Positions 47,673-60,017 are shown, counted from the first letter of the stretch. The stretch is DNA of 64,000 nucleotides from Escherichia coli (GCF_003334315.1 NZ_QOWR01000019.1); one strand, 5' to 3'. Numbers and translations are program-made. Notes: a model not told the origin generated them from the letters alone.

Positions 47673-49016
47673 GTGAGCAATCTGTCGCTCGATTTTTCGG
47701 ATAATACTTTTCAACCTCTGGCCGCGCGTATGCGGCCAGAAAATTTAGCACAGTATATCGGCCAGCAACATTTGCTGGCTGCGGGGAAGCCGCTGCCGCG
47801 CGCTATCGAAGCCGGGCATTTGCATTCGATGATCCTCTGGGGGCCACCGGGTACCGGCAAAACAACCCTCGCTGAAGTGATTGCCCGCTATGCGAACGCT
47901 GATGTGGAACGTATTTCTGCCGTCACCTCTGGCGTGAAAGAGATTCGCGAGGCGATCGAGCGCGCCCGGCAAAACCGCAATGCAGGTCGCCGCACTATTC
48001 TTTTTGTTGACGAAGTTCACCGTTTCAACAAAAGCCAGCAGGATGCATTTCTGCCACATATTGAAGACGGCACCATCACTTTTATTGGCGCAACCACTGA
48101 AAACCCGTCGTTTGAGCTTAATTCGGCACTGCTTTCCCGTGCCCGTGTCTATCTGTTGAAATCCCTGAGTACAGAGGATATTGAGCAAGTACTAACTCAG
48201 GCGATGGAAGACAAAACCCGTGGCTATGGTGGTCAGGATATTGTTCTGCCAGATGAAACACGACGCGCCATTGCTGAACTGGTGAATGGCGACGCGCGCC
48301 GGGCGTTAAATACGCTGGAAATGATGGCGGATATGGCCGAAGTCGATGATAGCGGTAAGCGGGTCCTGAAGCCTGAATTACTGACCGAAATCGCCGGTGA
48401 ACGTAGCGCCCGCTTTGATAACAAAGGCGATCGCTTTTACGATCTCATTTCCGCACTGCATAAGTCGGTACGTGGTAGCGCACCCGATGCGGCGCTGTAC
48501 TGGTATGCGCGAATTATTACCGCTGGTGGCGATCCGTTATATGTCGCGCGTCGCTGTTTGGCGATAGCGTCTGAAGATGTGGGTAACGCTGATCCACGAG
48601 CGATGCAGGTGGCAATTGCGGCCTGGGATTGCTTTACTCGCGTTGGCCCGGCGGAAGGTGAACGCGCCATTGCTCAGGCGATTGTTTACCTGGCCTGCGC
48701 GCCAAAAAGCAACGCTGTCTACACTGCGTTTAAAGCCGCGCTGGCCGATGCTCGCGAACGCCCGGATTATGACGTACCGGTTCATTTGCGTAATGCGCCG
48801 ACGAAATTAATGAAGGAAATGGGCTACGGGCAGGAATATCGTTACGCTCATGATGAAGCAAACGCTTATGCTGCCGGTGAGGTTTACTTCCCGCCGGAAA
48901 TAGCACAAACACGCTATTATTTCCCGACAAACAGGGGCCTTGAAGGCAAGATTGGCGAAAAGCTCGCCTGGCTGGCTGAACAGGATCAAAATAGCCCCAT
49001 AAAACGCTACCGTTAA
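47673..49016 (+). CDS. rarA: Replication-associated recombination protein RarA (MgsA), AAA+ ATPase
   Basis: 447-aa ORF with GTG start; Walker [10 protein letters not shown]. Confidence 0.93.
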
Positions 49017-49085
49017 TGTTATCGTTGCGGTAATGTTGTTACTGTATCCCTGTGGTCGCAGGCTGTGGCCACATCTCCCATTTAA

Positions 49086-50399
<1,314 letters not shown>

Positions 50400-50423
50400 T
50401 ACCCAATTTTTCTGAATCTAAAA

Positions 50424-50446
50424 AGCGCCTGCGGGCGCTTTTTTTG
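50424..50446 (+). terminator. Rho-independent terminator of serS
   Basis: Hairpin AGCGCC-TGCG-GGCGCT followed by TTTTTTT. Confidence 0.8.
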
Positions 50447-50453
50447 TCTCCCT

Positions 50454-50467
50454 TTGATACCGAACAA
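50454..50467. promoter_or_regulatory. FNR binding site of the dmsABC promoter
   Basis: TTGATACCGAACAA matches the FNR consensus TTGAT-N4-ATCAA in 8 of 10 half-site positions; about 170 bp upstream of the dmsA start. Identity with the known dmsA FNR site is from memory. Confidence 0.55.
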
Positions 50468-50637
50468 TAATTACTCCTCACTTACACGTAATACTACTTT
50501 CGAGTGAAAATCTACCTATCTCTTTGATTTTCAAATTATTCGATGTATACAAGCCTATATAGCGAACTGCTATAGAAATAATTACACAATACGGTTTGTT
50601 ACTGGAATCAATCGTGAGCAAGCTTGAGTGAGCCATT

Positions 50638-53082
50638 ATGAAAACGAAAATCCCTGATGCGGTATTGGCTGCTGAGGTGAGTCGCCGTGGTTTGGTAAAA
50701 ACGACAGCGATCGGCGGCCTGGCAATGGCCAGCAGCGCATTAACATTACCTTTTAGTCGGATTGCGCACGCTGTCGATAGCGCCATTCCAACAAAATCAG
50801 ACGAAAAGGTTATCTGGAGCGCCTGTACAGTTAACTGTGGTAGTCGCTGCCCGCTACGTATGCACGTCGTGGACGGTGAAATCAAATATGTCGAAACGGA
50901 CAATACCGGCGATGACAATTACGACGGCCTGCACCAGGTTCGCGCCTGCCTGCGTGGGCGTTCCATGCGTCGCCGTGTCTACAATCCGGACCGCCTGAAA
51001 TATCCGATGAAACGAGTCGGGGCGCGCGGTGAAGGCAAATTCGAGCGCATTAGCTGGGAAGAAGCCTACGACATCATCGCGACCAATATGCAGCGCCTGA
51101 TCAAAGAGTACGGCAACGAGTCTATCTATCTGAACTATGGCACCGGTACGCTGGGCGGCACCATGACCCGCTCCTGGCCGCCGGGAAATACCCTGGTCGC
51201 GCGGCTGATGAACTGCTGCGGCGGCTATCTGAACCATTACGGCGACTACTCCTCCGCGCAAATTGCGGAAGGTTTGAACTATACCTACGGCGGCTGGGCA
51301 GATGGCAACAGCCCGTCGGATATCGAAAACAGTAAGCTGGTAGTGCTGTTTGGTAATAACCCTGGCGAAACGCGAATGAGTGGCGGTGGGGTGACTTACT
51401 ATCTTGAACAGGCACGCCAGAAATCTAATGCCCGCATGATCATCATCGATCCGCGCTATACCGACACCGGTGCCGGGCGCGAAGATGAGTGGATCCCTAT
51501 TCGTCCGGGAACAGATGCCGCACTGGTTAACGGTCTGGCGTACGTCATGATCACTGAAAACCTGGTGGATCAGGCATTCCTCGATAAATATTGCGTTGGC
51601 TACGATGAGAAAACCCTGCCAGTCAGTGCGCCGAAAAATGGCCACTATAAAGCTTATATTCTGGGTGAAGGGCCAGATGGCGTGGCTAAAACGCCGGAAT
51701 GGGCCTCGCAAATCACTGGTGTTCCGGCAGACAAAATCATCAAATTGGCTCGTGAAATCGGTAGTACCAAACCGGCGTTTATCAGCCAGGGATGGGGCCC
51801 GCAGCGTCACGCTAACGGTGAAATCGCAACCCGTGCTATCTCGATGCTGGCGATTCTGACCGGTAACGTTGGTATTAACGGAGGCAACAGCGGCGCGCGT
51901 GAAGGTTCATACAGCTTACCGTTTGTCCGTATGCCGACCTTGGAAAACCCGATCCAGACCAGCATTTCGATGTTTATGTGGACCGATGCCATTGAACGTG
52001 GCCCGGAAATGACGGCGCTGCGTGATGGTGTACGCGGGAAAGATAAGCTGGATGTGCCGATCAAAATGATCTGGAACTATGCCGGTAACTGCCTGATTAA
52101 CCAGCATTCTGAAATCAACCGTACCCATGAAATCCTTCAGGATGATAAGAAGTGCGAGCTGATTGTGGTTATCGACTGCCACATGACCTCATCGGCGAAA
52201 TATGCTGACATCCTGCTGCCTGACTGCACCGCTTCCGAACAGATGGACTTTGCGCTGGATGCATCCTGCGGGAATATGTCTTACGTGATTTTCAACGATC
52301 AGGTGATTAAACCGCGCTTTGAATGTAAGACCATCTATGAAATGACCAGCGAACTGGCAAAACGTCTTGGCGTTGAGCAACAGTTTACTGAAGGCCGTAC
52401 CCAGGAAGAGTGGATGCGGCATCTGTATGCCCAGTCGCGGGAAGCGATTCCTGAACTGCCAACGTTTGAAGAGTTCCGCAAGCAGGGGATCTTTAAAAAG
52501 CGCGACCCACAAGGGCATCACGTTGCTTATAAAGCCTTCCGTGAAGATCCGCAGGCAAACCCACTGACTACGCCATCGGGCAAAATTGAGATTTATTCGC
52601 AGGCGCTGGCTGACATTGCCGCTACCTGGGAATTGCCTGAAGGCGATGTGATCGATCCACTGCCGATCTACACGCCGGGCTTTGAAAGTTATCAGGATCC
52701 GCTGAACAAACAGTATCCGCTGCAGCTTACAGGTTTCCACTATAAATCTCGCGTTCACTCAACTTACGGCAACGTTGATGTGCTGAAAGCGGCTTGCCGT
52801 CAGGAAATGTGGATCAACCCGCTTGATGCCCAAAAACGCGGTATCCACAACGGCGATAAAGTCAGGATCTTTAACGATCGTGGTGAGGTTCATATTGAGG
52901 CGAAAGTGACGCCACGAATGATGCCGGGTGTGGTCGCACTGGGTGAAGGTGCCTGGTATGACCCGGATGCAAAACGTGTCGATAAGGGTGGTTGTATTAA
53001 CGTACTGACCACTCAACGTCCGTCTCCTCTCGCTAAGGGGAATCCGTCACATACAAACCTTGTTCAGGTTGAAAAGGTGTAA
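50638..53082 (+). CDS. dmsA: Anaerobic DMSO reductase catalytic subunit DmsA (molybdopterin, Tat-exported)
   Basis: 814-aa ORF with twin-arginine signal (SRRGLVKTTAIGGLAMASSA) and an N-terminal Cys cluster for a 4Fe-4S centre. Confidence 0.95.
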   Translation: MKTKIPDAVLAAEVSRRGLVKTTAIGGLAMASSALTLPFSRIAHAVDSAIPTKSDEKVIWSACTVNCGSRCPLRMHVVDGEIKYVETDNTGDDNYDGLHQVRACLRGRSMRRRVYNPDRLKYPMKRVGARGEGKFERISWEEAYDIIATNMQRLIKEYGNESIYLNYGTGTLGGTMTRSWPPGNTLVARLMNCCGGYLNHYGDYSSAQIAEGLNYTYGGWADGNSPSDIENSKLVVLFGNNPGETRMSGGGVTYYLEQARQKSNARMIIIDPRYTDTGAGREDEWIPIRPGTDAALVNGLAYVMITENLVDQAFLDKYCVGYDEKTLPVSAPKNGHYKAYILGEGPDGVAKTPEWASQITGVPADKIIKLAREIGSTKPAFISQGWGPQRHANGEIATRAISMLAILTGNVGINGGNSGAREGSYSLPFVRMPTLENPIQTSISMFMWTDAIERGPEMTALRDGVRGKDKLDVPIKMIWNYAGNCLINQHSEINRTHEILQDDKKCELIVVIDCHMTSSAKYADILLPDCTASEQMDFALDASCGNMSYVIFNDQVIKPRFECKTIYEMTSELAKRLGVEQQFTEGRTQEEWMRHLYAQSREAIPELPTFEEFRKQGIFKKRDPQGHHVAYKAFREDPQANPLTTPSGKIEIYSQALADIAATWELPEGDVIDPLPIYTPGFESYQDPLNKQYPLQLTGFHYKSRVHSTYGNVDVLKAACRQEMWINPLDAQKRGIHNGDKVRIFNDRGEVHIEAKVTPRMMPGVVALGEGAWYDPDAKRVDKGGCINVLTTQRPSPLAKGNPSHTNLVQVEKV

Positions 53083-53092
53083 GGAGTAACCG

Positions 53093-53710
53093 ATGACAAC
53101 CCAGTATGGATTTTTTATTGATTCCAGCCGTTGCACCGGTTGCAAAACCTGCGAGCTGGCCTGTAAAGACTACAAAGATTTGACGCCAGAAGTCAGCTTC
53201 CGCCGCATTTATGAATATGCTGGCGGCGACTGGCAGGAAGATAACGGTGTCTGGCACCAGAACGTGTTTGCCTACTATCTGTCGATTTCATGTAACCACT
53301 GCGAAGATCCGGCTTGTACTAAAGTCTGCCCGAGCGGTGCGATGCATAAACGTGAAGATGGTTTTGTTGTGGTCGATGAAGATGTGTGCATTGGCTGCCG
53401 CTACTGCCATATGGCTTGCCCGTATGGCGCACCGCAATATAACGAAACGAAAGGCCATATGACCAAATGCGATGGTTGTTATGACCGTGTTGCGGAGGGT
53501 AAAAAGCCGATCTGTGTTGAATCTTGTCCGCTGCGGGCGCTGGATTTCGGCCCTATCGACGAGCTGCGTAAAAAACATGGCGATCTGGCGGCCGTTGCGC
53601 CGTTGCCGCGAGCTCACTTTACCAAACCGAATATTGTGATCAAACCCAATGCCAATAGCCGCCCGACCGGGGATACCACTGGCTATCTGGCAAACCCGAA
53701 GGAGGTGTGA
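53093..53710 (+). CDS. dmsB: DMSO reductase iron-sulfur subunit DmsB
   Basis: 205-aa ORF with four ferredoxin-type Cys motifs (CTGCKTCELAC and others). Confidence 0.95.
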   Translation: MTTQYGFFIDSSRCTGCKTCELACKDYKDLTPEVSFRRIYEYAGGDWQEDNGVWHQNVFAYYLSISCNHCEDPACTKVCPSGAMHKREDGFVVVDEDVCIGCRYCHMACPYGAPQYNETKGHMTKCDGCYDRVAEGKKPICVESCPLRALDFGPIDELRKKHGDLAAVAPLPRAHFTKPNIVIKPNANSRPTGDTTGYLANPKEV

Positions 53711-53711
53711 G

Positions 53712-54575
53712 ATGGGAAGTGGATGGCATGAATGGCCGCTGATGATCTTCACGGTCTTCGGGCAATGTGTAGCAGGTGGTTTTATCGTTCTGGCTTTGGC
53801 GCTGCTCAAAGGCGACCTGCGAGCAGAAGCCCAGCAGCGTGTTATCGCCTGCATGTTTGGTTTATGGGTGCTGATGGGCATTGGCTTTATCGCCTCTATG
53901 CTCCATCTTGGTTCACCAATGCGCGCTTTTAACTCGCTCAACCGGGTAGGGGCTTCAGCACTCAGTAACGAAATCGCCAGCGGTTCGATCTTTTTTGCCG
54001 TAGGCGGCATCGGCTGGTTGCTGGCAATGCTGAAAAAGCTGTCACCGGCATTGCGTACGCTGTGGCTGATAGTGACGATGGTTCTTGGCGTCATCTTTGT
54101 CTGGATGATGGTGCGTGTGTATAACAGCATTGATACCGTTCCGACCTGGTACAGCATCTGGACACCGATGGGCTTCTTCCTGACGATGTTTATGGGCGGC
54201 CCGTTACTGGGTTACCTGTTGTTGAGTCTGGCTGGCGTCGATGGCTGGGCGATGCGTCTGCTGCCAGCAATTTCTGTACTGGCACTGGTAGTGAGTGGCG
54301 TGGTGTCAGTGATGCAGGGCGCAGAGCTGGCGACTATTCATAGTTCTGTGCAGCAGGCCGCAGCGCTGGTGCCGGACTATGGTGCGCTGATGTCCTGGCG
54401 GATCGTGCTTTTGGCCGTTGCCCTGTGCTTGTGGATTGCACCACAGCTAAAAGGTTATCAGCCTGCGGTTCCGCTACTTTCTGTATCATTCATTCTGCTT
54501 CTGGCAGGGGAATTAATCGGTCGCGGCGTATTCTATGGTTTGCATATGACCGTGGGGATGGCCGTCGCAAGCTAA
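53712..54575 (+). CDS. dmsC: DMSO reductase membrane anchor subunit DmsC
   Basis: ORF track 53649..54575; start set to the ATG at 53712 (MGSGWHEWPLMIFTVFGQ...), 287 aa, polytopic membrane protein. Confidence 0.9.
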   Translation: MGSGWHEWPLMIFTVFGQCVAGGFIVLALALLKGDLRAEAQQRVIACMFGLWVLMGIGFIASMLHLGSPMRAFNSLNRVGASALSNEIASGSIFFAVGGIGWLLAMLKKLSPALRTLWLIVTMVLGVIFVWMMVRVYNSIDTVPTWYSIWTPMGFFLTMFMGGPLLGYLLLSLAGVDGWAMRLLPAISVLALVVSGVVSVMQGAELATIHSSVQQAAALVPDYGALMSWRIVLLAVALCLWIAPQLKGYQPAVPLLSVSFILLLAGELIGRGVFYGLHMTVGMAVAS

Positions 54576-54609
54576 TCATAACAACCGGGGTTTCGGCCCC
54601 GGTTCTCTT

Positions 54610-55236
54610 TTATTTCTGCTTCGTTAACGTGTCATAACTGGTCATCAAATTACGATAATCAGGAATGTGGTTAGAGAACAACGTCGCCAGTCCTTCAATA
54701 TCATTACGCCAGTCGCGATGCAGCTCGCACGCCACGCCGAACCATGTCATCAATTGCGCACCAGCTTGCGACAAGCGATCCCATGCCGAATGCCGGGTAA
54801 TTTCATTAAAGGTCCCTGACGCGTCAGTCACGACAAAGACGTCAAACCCTTCTTCAATGGCTGAAAGCGCCGGGAATGCCACGCAAACTTCGGTTACCAC
54901 ACCGGCAATAATTAACTGTTTTTTACCTGTCGCTTTGACAGCTTTTACAAAATCTTCGTTATCCCAGGCGTTAATATTTCCCGGGCGAGCAATGTAAGGT
55001 GTATCGGGGAATTGTGCTTTCAGTTCTGGAACTAATGGGCCGTTAGGACCGGTTTCAAAACTGGTGGTAAGAATAGTTGGTAAGTTGAAATACTTAGCCA
55101 GGTCACCCAGCGCCAGCACGTTATTTTTAAACTTATCGGGTTCGATATCCCGTACAAGGGAAAGTAAACCAGCCTGGTGATCAACAAGCAAAACGGCAGC
55201 ATCATTTTTATCAAGACGAACATACGGTTTGGTCAT
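54610..55236 (-). CDS. ycaC: Isochorismatase-family hydrolase YcaC
   Basis: 208-aa ORF (MTKPYVRLDKNDAAVLLVDHQ...), cysteine-hydrolase fold family. Confidence 0.9.
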   Translation of the reverse strand: MTKPYVRLDKNDAAVLLVDHQAGLLSLVRDIEPDKFKNNVLALGDLAKYFNLPTILTTSFETGPNGPLVPELKAQFPDTPYIARPGNINAWDNEDFVKAVKATGKKQLIIAGVVTEVCVAFPALSAIEEGFDVFVVTDASGTFNEITRHSAWDRLSQAGAQLMTWFGVACELHRDWRNDIEGLATLFSNHIPDYRNLMTSYDTLTKQK

Positions 55237-55549
55237 CCTCTTCTCCTTTCGAGAGTCAGTGGTACGTCTGAAATCGATCAGACGCGATGCATTGCTCTGA
55301 AAGCATAGACGGGAAATATGAGTTTGCTGTGACCATGAAATTTTTCGACTGAACGAAGCGTATGAAATTTGTGTTAGTTCAATAAAAACAATCAGATGAG
55401 ACTAATCATCTCTTCAGCATTAGCGTTATGAATGAGTAATATAAATCGATAATACCGCCGCTGGGATATCGCGTATTTTCACCCATTGACAATGTTTTTG
55501 GCGGTGGCATGATGCGCATGAAATTTGAACTTCCTCACGGTTTTAATTC

Positions 55550-56698
55550 ATGTCCACGTATACCCGGCCTGTCATGCTTTTGCTGTCTGGCCTGCTTTTG
55601 TTGACTCTGGCGATTGCGGTGTTAAATACACTCGTGCCGCTTTGGCTCGCCCAGGAACACATGTCCACATGGCAGGTAGGCGTTGTCAGCTCATCCTATT
55701 TTACCGGCAACCTTGTCGGTACATTGCTGACAGGGTATGTCATTAAGCGCATTGGCTTTAACCGCAGCTATTATCTGGCCTCCTTCATTTTTGCCGCTGG
55801 CTGTGCCGGCCTTGGCCTGATGATTGGATTCTGGAGCTGGTTGGCTTGGCGTTTTGTCGCGGGCGTCGGCTGTGCCATGATTTGGGTGGTTGTTGAGAGC
55901 GCGCTGATGTGCAGTGGGACGTCACGTAACCGTGGGCGTTTGCTTGCTGCGTATATGATGGTTTATTACGTGGGAACGTTTTTAGGCCAGTTACTGGTCA
56001 GCAAAGTTTCAACCGAGCTGATGTCCGTATTGCCGTGGGTTACAGGTTTGACGTTGGCAGGGATCTTACCGCTGTTGTTTACGCGTGTGCTGAATCAGCA
56101 GGCTGAAAACCATGATTCGACGTCAATTACGTCAATGCTAAAACTCCGTCAGGCGCGGCTTGGCGTGAATGGCTGCATTATCTCAGGAATCGTTCTGGGA
56201 TCTCTATATGGCCTGATGCCGCTGTACCTCAATCACAAAGGGGTGAGCAATGCCAGCATTGGTTTCTGGATGGCGGTACTGGTCAGTGCGGGTATCCTTG
56301 GACAATGGCCGATTGGACGTCTGGCGGATAAGTTTGGTCGACTGCTGGTGTTGCGTGTTCAGGTCTTTGTCGTCATTCTCGGCAGTATCGCGATGCTTAG
56401 CCAGGCGGCGATGGCCCCAGCGTTATTCATCCTCGGTGCCGCTGGCTTTACGCTATATCCGGTGGCGATGGCATGGGCTTGCGAGAAAGTTGAACATCAT
56501 CAACTGGTGGCGATGAACCAGGCCTTACTGTTGAGCTATACTGTGGGAAGTCTGCTTGGCCCGTCATTTACCGCTATGCTAATGCAGAATTTCTCCGATA
56601 ATTTATTGTTTATCATGATCGCCAGCGTATCGTTTATCTATTTGCTGATGCTGCTGCGCAACGCCGGTCATACGCCGAAACCCGTTGCTCACGTGTAA
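55550..56698 (+). CDS. ycaD: MFS transporter YcaD
   Basis: 382-aa ORF with 12 predicted transmembrane segments. Confidence 0.9.
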   Translation: MSTYTRPVMLLLSGLLLLTLAIAVLNTLVPLWLAQEHMSTWQVGVVSSSYFTGNLVGTLLTGYVIKRIGFNRSYYLASFIFAAGCAGLGLMIGFWSWLAWRFVAGVGCAMIWVVVESALMCSGTSRNRGRLLAAYMMVYYVGTFLGQLLVSKVSTELMSVLPWVTGLTLAGILPLLFTRVLNQQAENHDSTSITSMLKLRQARLGVNGCIISGIVLGSLYGLMPLYLNHKGVSNASIGFWMAVLVSAGILGQWPIGRLADKFGRLLVLRVQVFVVILGSIAMLSQAAMAPALFILGAAGFTLYPVAMAWACEKVEHHQLVAMNQALLLSYTVGSLLGPSFTAMLMQNFSDNLLFIMIASVSFIYLLMLLRNAGHTPKPVAHV

Positions 56699-56907
56699 AT
56701 GAATTCAAGCAGAGTGTGAACTTACTGTTTCACACTCTGCTTTTTTGTTTCTTCTATCTGACTTGCTTTATTCCAAATTTTATTCGTTTAAAAATAAAAT
56801 GTGCAGCAGGTTATAATTTTGCATTTCGCTATTTCCGCACTTCTTATTTGCCGCGCATAATCCCTCGTTTTACAGATGCCCCTTTAATTTTGGCGAAGGA
56901 TTTGTCT

Positions 56908-58338
56908 ATGGCTGGGAATGTTCAGGAAAAACAGTTGCGATGGTACAACATTGCGCTGATGTCTTTTATCACTGTCTGGGGTTTTGGCAACGTTGTTAAT
57001 AACTATGCCAACCAGGGGCTGGTGGTTGTTTTTTCATGGGTGTTTATCTTTGCACTCTATTTCACACCTTATGCGCTAATTGTTGGTCAGTTAGGCTCGA
57101 CCTTCAAAGATGGGAAGGGCGGGGTCAGTACCTGGATTAAACACACGATGGGACCCGGACTGGCTTATCTCGCCGCGTGGACCTACTGGGTGGTGCATAT
57201 TCCCTATCTGGCACAAAAACCCCAGGCAATTCTGATTGCGCTCGGTTGGGCGATGAAAGGCGACGGTTCGCTAATCAAAGAATATTCAGTCGTAGCGTTA
57301 CAGGGGTTAACGCTGGTGCTGTTTATCTTCTTTATGTGGGTTGCTTCACGCGGTATGAAATCGCTGAAAATCGTCGGTTCTGTGGCAGGGATTGCTATGT
57401 TTGTTATGTCGCTCCTGTATGTGGCGATGGCGGTAACCGCGCCTGCAATTACTGAAGTGCATATTGCGACCACAAACATTACCTGGGAAACGTTCATTCC
57501 TCATATCGACTTTACCTACATTACCACTATTTCAATGCTGGTTTTCGCGGTTGGCGGAGCAGAGAAGATTTCTCCTTACGTTAATCAAACGCGCAACCCA
57601 GGAAAAGAATTTCCAAAAGGGATGTTATGCCTGGCGGTGATGGTTGCGGTTTGTGCCATTCTGGGCTCGCTGGCGATGGGGATGATGTTTGATTCGCGTA
57701 ATATCCCGGATGACTTAATGACCAACGGTCAGTATTACGCCTTTCAGAAGCTGGGCGAGTATTACAACATGGGTAATACTTTAATGGTGATTTACGCCAT
57801 TGCGAATACCCTGGGACAAGTAGCGGCGCTGGTATTCTCGATTGATGCCCCGCTTAAAGTGCTATTAGGTGATGCTGACAGCAAATATATTCCAGCCAGT
57901 TTATGTCGTACCAACGCTTCTGGTACGCCCGTTAATGGCTATTTTCTGACCCTGGTACTGGTGGCGATTCTGATTATGCTGCCGACTCTCGGCATTGGTG
58001 ATATGAACAATCTCTATAAATGGCTGTTGAACCTTAATTCGGTAGTGATGCCGCTGCGTTATTTATGGGTATTTGTTGCATTTATTGCAGTCGTTCGCTT
58101 GGCGCAGAAATATAAACCAGAATATGTCTTTATTCGTAATAAGCCTCTGGCAATGACCGTCGGGATTTGGTGTTTTGCCTTTACCGCCTTTGCCTGTTTG
58201 ACGGGGATCTTCCCGAAAATGGAAGCCTTCACTGCAGAGTGGACCTTCCAGTTGGCGCTGAATGTTGCAACGCCGTTTGTGCTGGTAGGATTAGGACTGA
58301 TATTCCCGCTGCTGGCGCGTAAAGCGAATAGTAAATAA
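56908..58338 (+). CDS. ycaM: APC-family amino-acid transporter YcaM
   Basis: ORF track 56716..58338; start set to the ATG at 56908 (MAGNVQEKQLRWYNIALMSF...), 476 aa. Confidence 0.85.
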   Translation: MAGNVQEKQLRWYNIALMSFITVWGFGNVVNNYANQGLVVVFSWVFIFALYFTPYALIVGQLGSTFKDGKGGVSTWIKHTMGPGLAYLAAWTYWVVHIPYLAQKPQAILIALGWAMKGDGSLIKEYSVVALQGLTLVLFIFFMWVASRGMKSLKIVGSVAGIAMFVMSLLYVAMAVTAPAITEVHIATTNITWETFIPHIDFTYITTISMLVFAVGGAEKISPYVNQTRNPGKEFPKGMLCLAVMVAVCAILGSLAMGMMFDSRNIPDDLMTNGQYYAFQKLGEYYNMGNTLMVIYAIANTLGQVAALVFSIDAPLKVLLGDADSKYIPASLCRTNASGTPVNGYFLTLVLVAILIMLPTLGIGDMNNLYKWLLNLNSVVMPLRYLWVFVAFIAVVRLAQKYKPEYVFIRNKPLAMTVGIWCFAFTAFACLTGIFPKMEAFTAEWTFQLALNVATPFVLVGLGLIFPLLARKANSK

Positions 58339-59247
58339 TTATTGTGGTCGGTGACGCTGACTCTGGCAGATCTGACCCGTTTTTACATAATCGAGAAATG
58401 CGCGCAAGCCGCAGGACATATACTGGCGGTTTGGATAATAGATCTGGAAGCCTGGACGCTCTGTGCTCCAGTCTCCCAGTACACATTCTAAACGACCAGT
58501 ATCAAGGTACTCCTTGATCTGTTCATAGAGCAGATACCCGATACCAGCACCCATCAAAACGGCCTCCAGTTCAGCATCAACATCATCCAGAATGATATTT
58601 CCTGCGACAGCAATTTCCAGCTCCTTTGCAAATTGCTAGTGGAAAGGTTTGCCGCTGGGATAACGAAAAACAACACATTGATGATTAAGCAGATCATGAG
58701 GATGGCGGGGTTTGCCATATCTTGCAAAGTACTCTGGCGTTGCTGCTACACATAATTTCACTGGCGGGCCGATCGCCACGCTGATCATATCTTTTTCGAC
58801 GATGCCACTAAGTCGAACGCCAGCGTCAAAGCCCTGTTGGACGATATCGACAAGAGAGTCGTCAGTTGTGAGCTCGACTTTAATATCAGGATATTCACGT
58901 GTGAAACCAACCAGTAAAGGCATTAAAAATATACGTGCAGCTACCCGGGCGGCATTGATTTTGAGCGTTCCTGTCGGTGTCAGACGAAAATCATTCATCT
59001 CATCTAACATGATCTGAATTTCGTCGAAAGCTGGGCGCAATCGTTCATAGAGATTAGAACCCGCTTCCGTTAACGATACGCTTCGGGTTGTCCGATTGAA
59101 TAAGCGAATTTTAAGACGTTGTTCCAGTGTTTTAATACTATGGCTAATGGCGGACGAGGATAAGCCTAATTCATCGCCCGCTGCACGAAAGCTTTGATTA
59201 CGAGCCACGGCAAAGAAAGTGGCAAAGTCAGACATATTCATCCGCAT
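58339..59247 (-). pseudogene. ycaN: LysR-family transcriptional regulator ycaN interrupted by an in-frame TAG (amber) codon
   Basis: Two same-frame ORFs, 58636..59247 (HTH plus N-terminal part, ends ...RYPSGKPFH) and 58339..58557 (C-terminal part). The frame is open between them except for TAG at 58636-58638 (minus strand). 203+1+26+72 = 302 codons, equal to the intact YcaN length I recall. Confidence 0.8.
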
Positions 59248-59346
59248 TAGTGAAAATCCTTCATTAACTCATCCTGAATCATCACGTTTACAGGATTATG
59301 CCGCCTGCGTAAAGTGCGCTCCAGAACTTAACGTGGAGGTAAAATT

Positions 59347-59936
59347 ATGCAGTCTGAACGTATTTATTTGGTATGGGCCATCCTCGTCATGATTCATTGA
59401 CCGCACATATTGCTGATGCGATCCATCAGCGGGCAATGGAGCGGAAAATACAGGTGACGGAACTCGATTTATATCGGCGTAATTTCAACCCAGTGATGAC
59501 GCTGGAAGATGAACCAGACTGGAAGAATATGGATAAACGTTATTCTCCAGAGGTTCATCAGCTTTATTCAGAGCTGCTTGAACATGACACGTTAGTGGTG
59601 GTTTTTCCTCTCTGGTGGTACAGCTTCCCGGCAATGCTAAAAGGATATATTGACAGAGTATGGAATAATGGGCTGGCTTATGGAGATGGGCAGAAATTAC
59701 CATTCAATAAAGTTCGTTGGGTGGCGCTGGTTGGAGGAGACAAAGAATCATTTGTCCAGATGGGCTGGGAAAAAAATATAAGCGATTATTTGATAAATAT
59801 GTGCAGTTATCTTGGTATTGAAGATGCCGATGTCACTTTCTTGTGTAATACAGTGGTATTCGATGGGCAAGAACTTCATGCGAGCTATTATCAGTCGTTA
59901 TTATCTCAGGTACGGGATATGGTAGATACACTATAA
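59347..59936 (+). pseudogene. ycaK: Flavodoxin-like NAD(P)H oxidoreductase ycaK with an apparent 1-bp frameshift near the 5' end
   Basis: ATG at 59347 with upstream GGAGG gives MQSERIYLVWA, then a stop after 17 codons (59398-59400). The rest of the protein (HPRHDSLTAHIAD...) is in the -1 frame and in the ORF track starts only at ATG 59373 (187 aa). One extra C in the GGGCC run at about 59376-59380 would restore a 196-aa ORF with the family motif IYLVWAHP. Confidence 0.75.
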
Positions 59937-59975
59937 AATGTGTTAAAAACGCTGTAGCAGAATGAAGCGCGGAAT

Positions 59976-60007
59976 AAAAAAGCGGCAACTCAATAAAGTT
60001 GCCGCTT
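59976..60007 (-). terminator. Rho-independent terminator of pflA
   Basis: Minus-strand hairpin GCGGCAACTTTATTGAGTTGCCGC followed by TTTTTT. Confidence 0.75.
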
Positions 60008-60017
60008 TACGGGGAAA

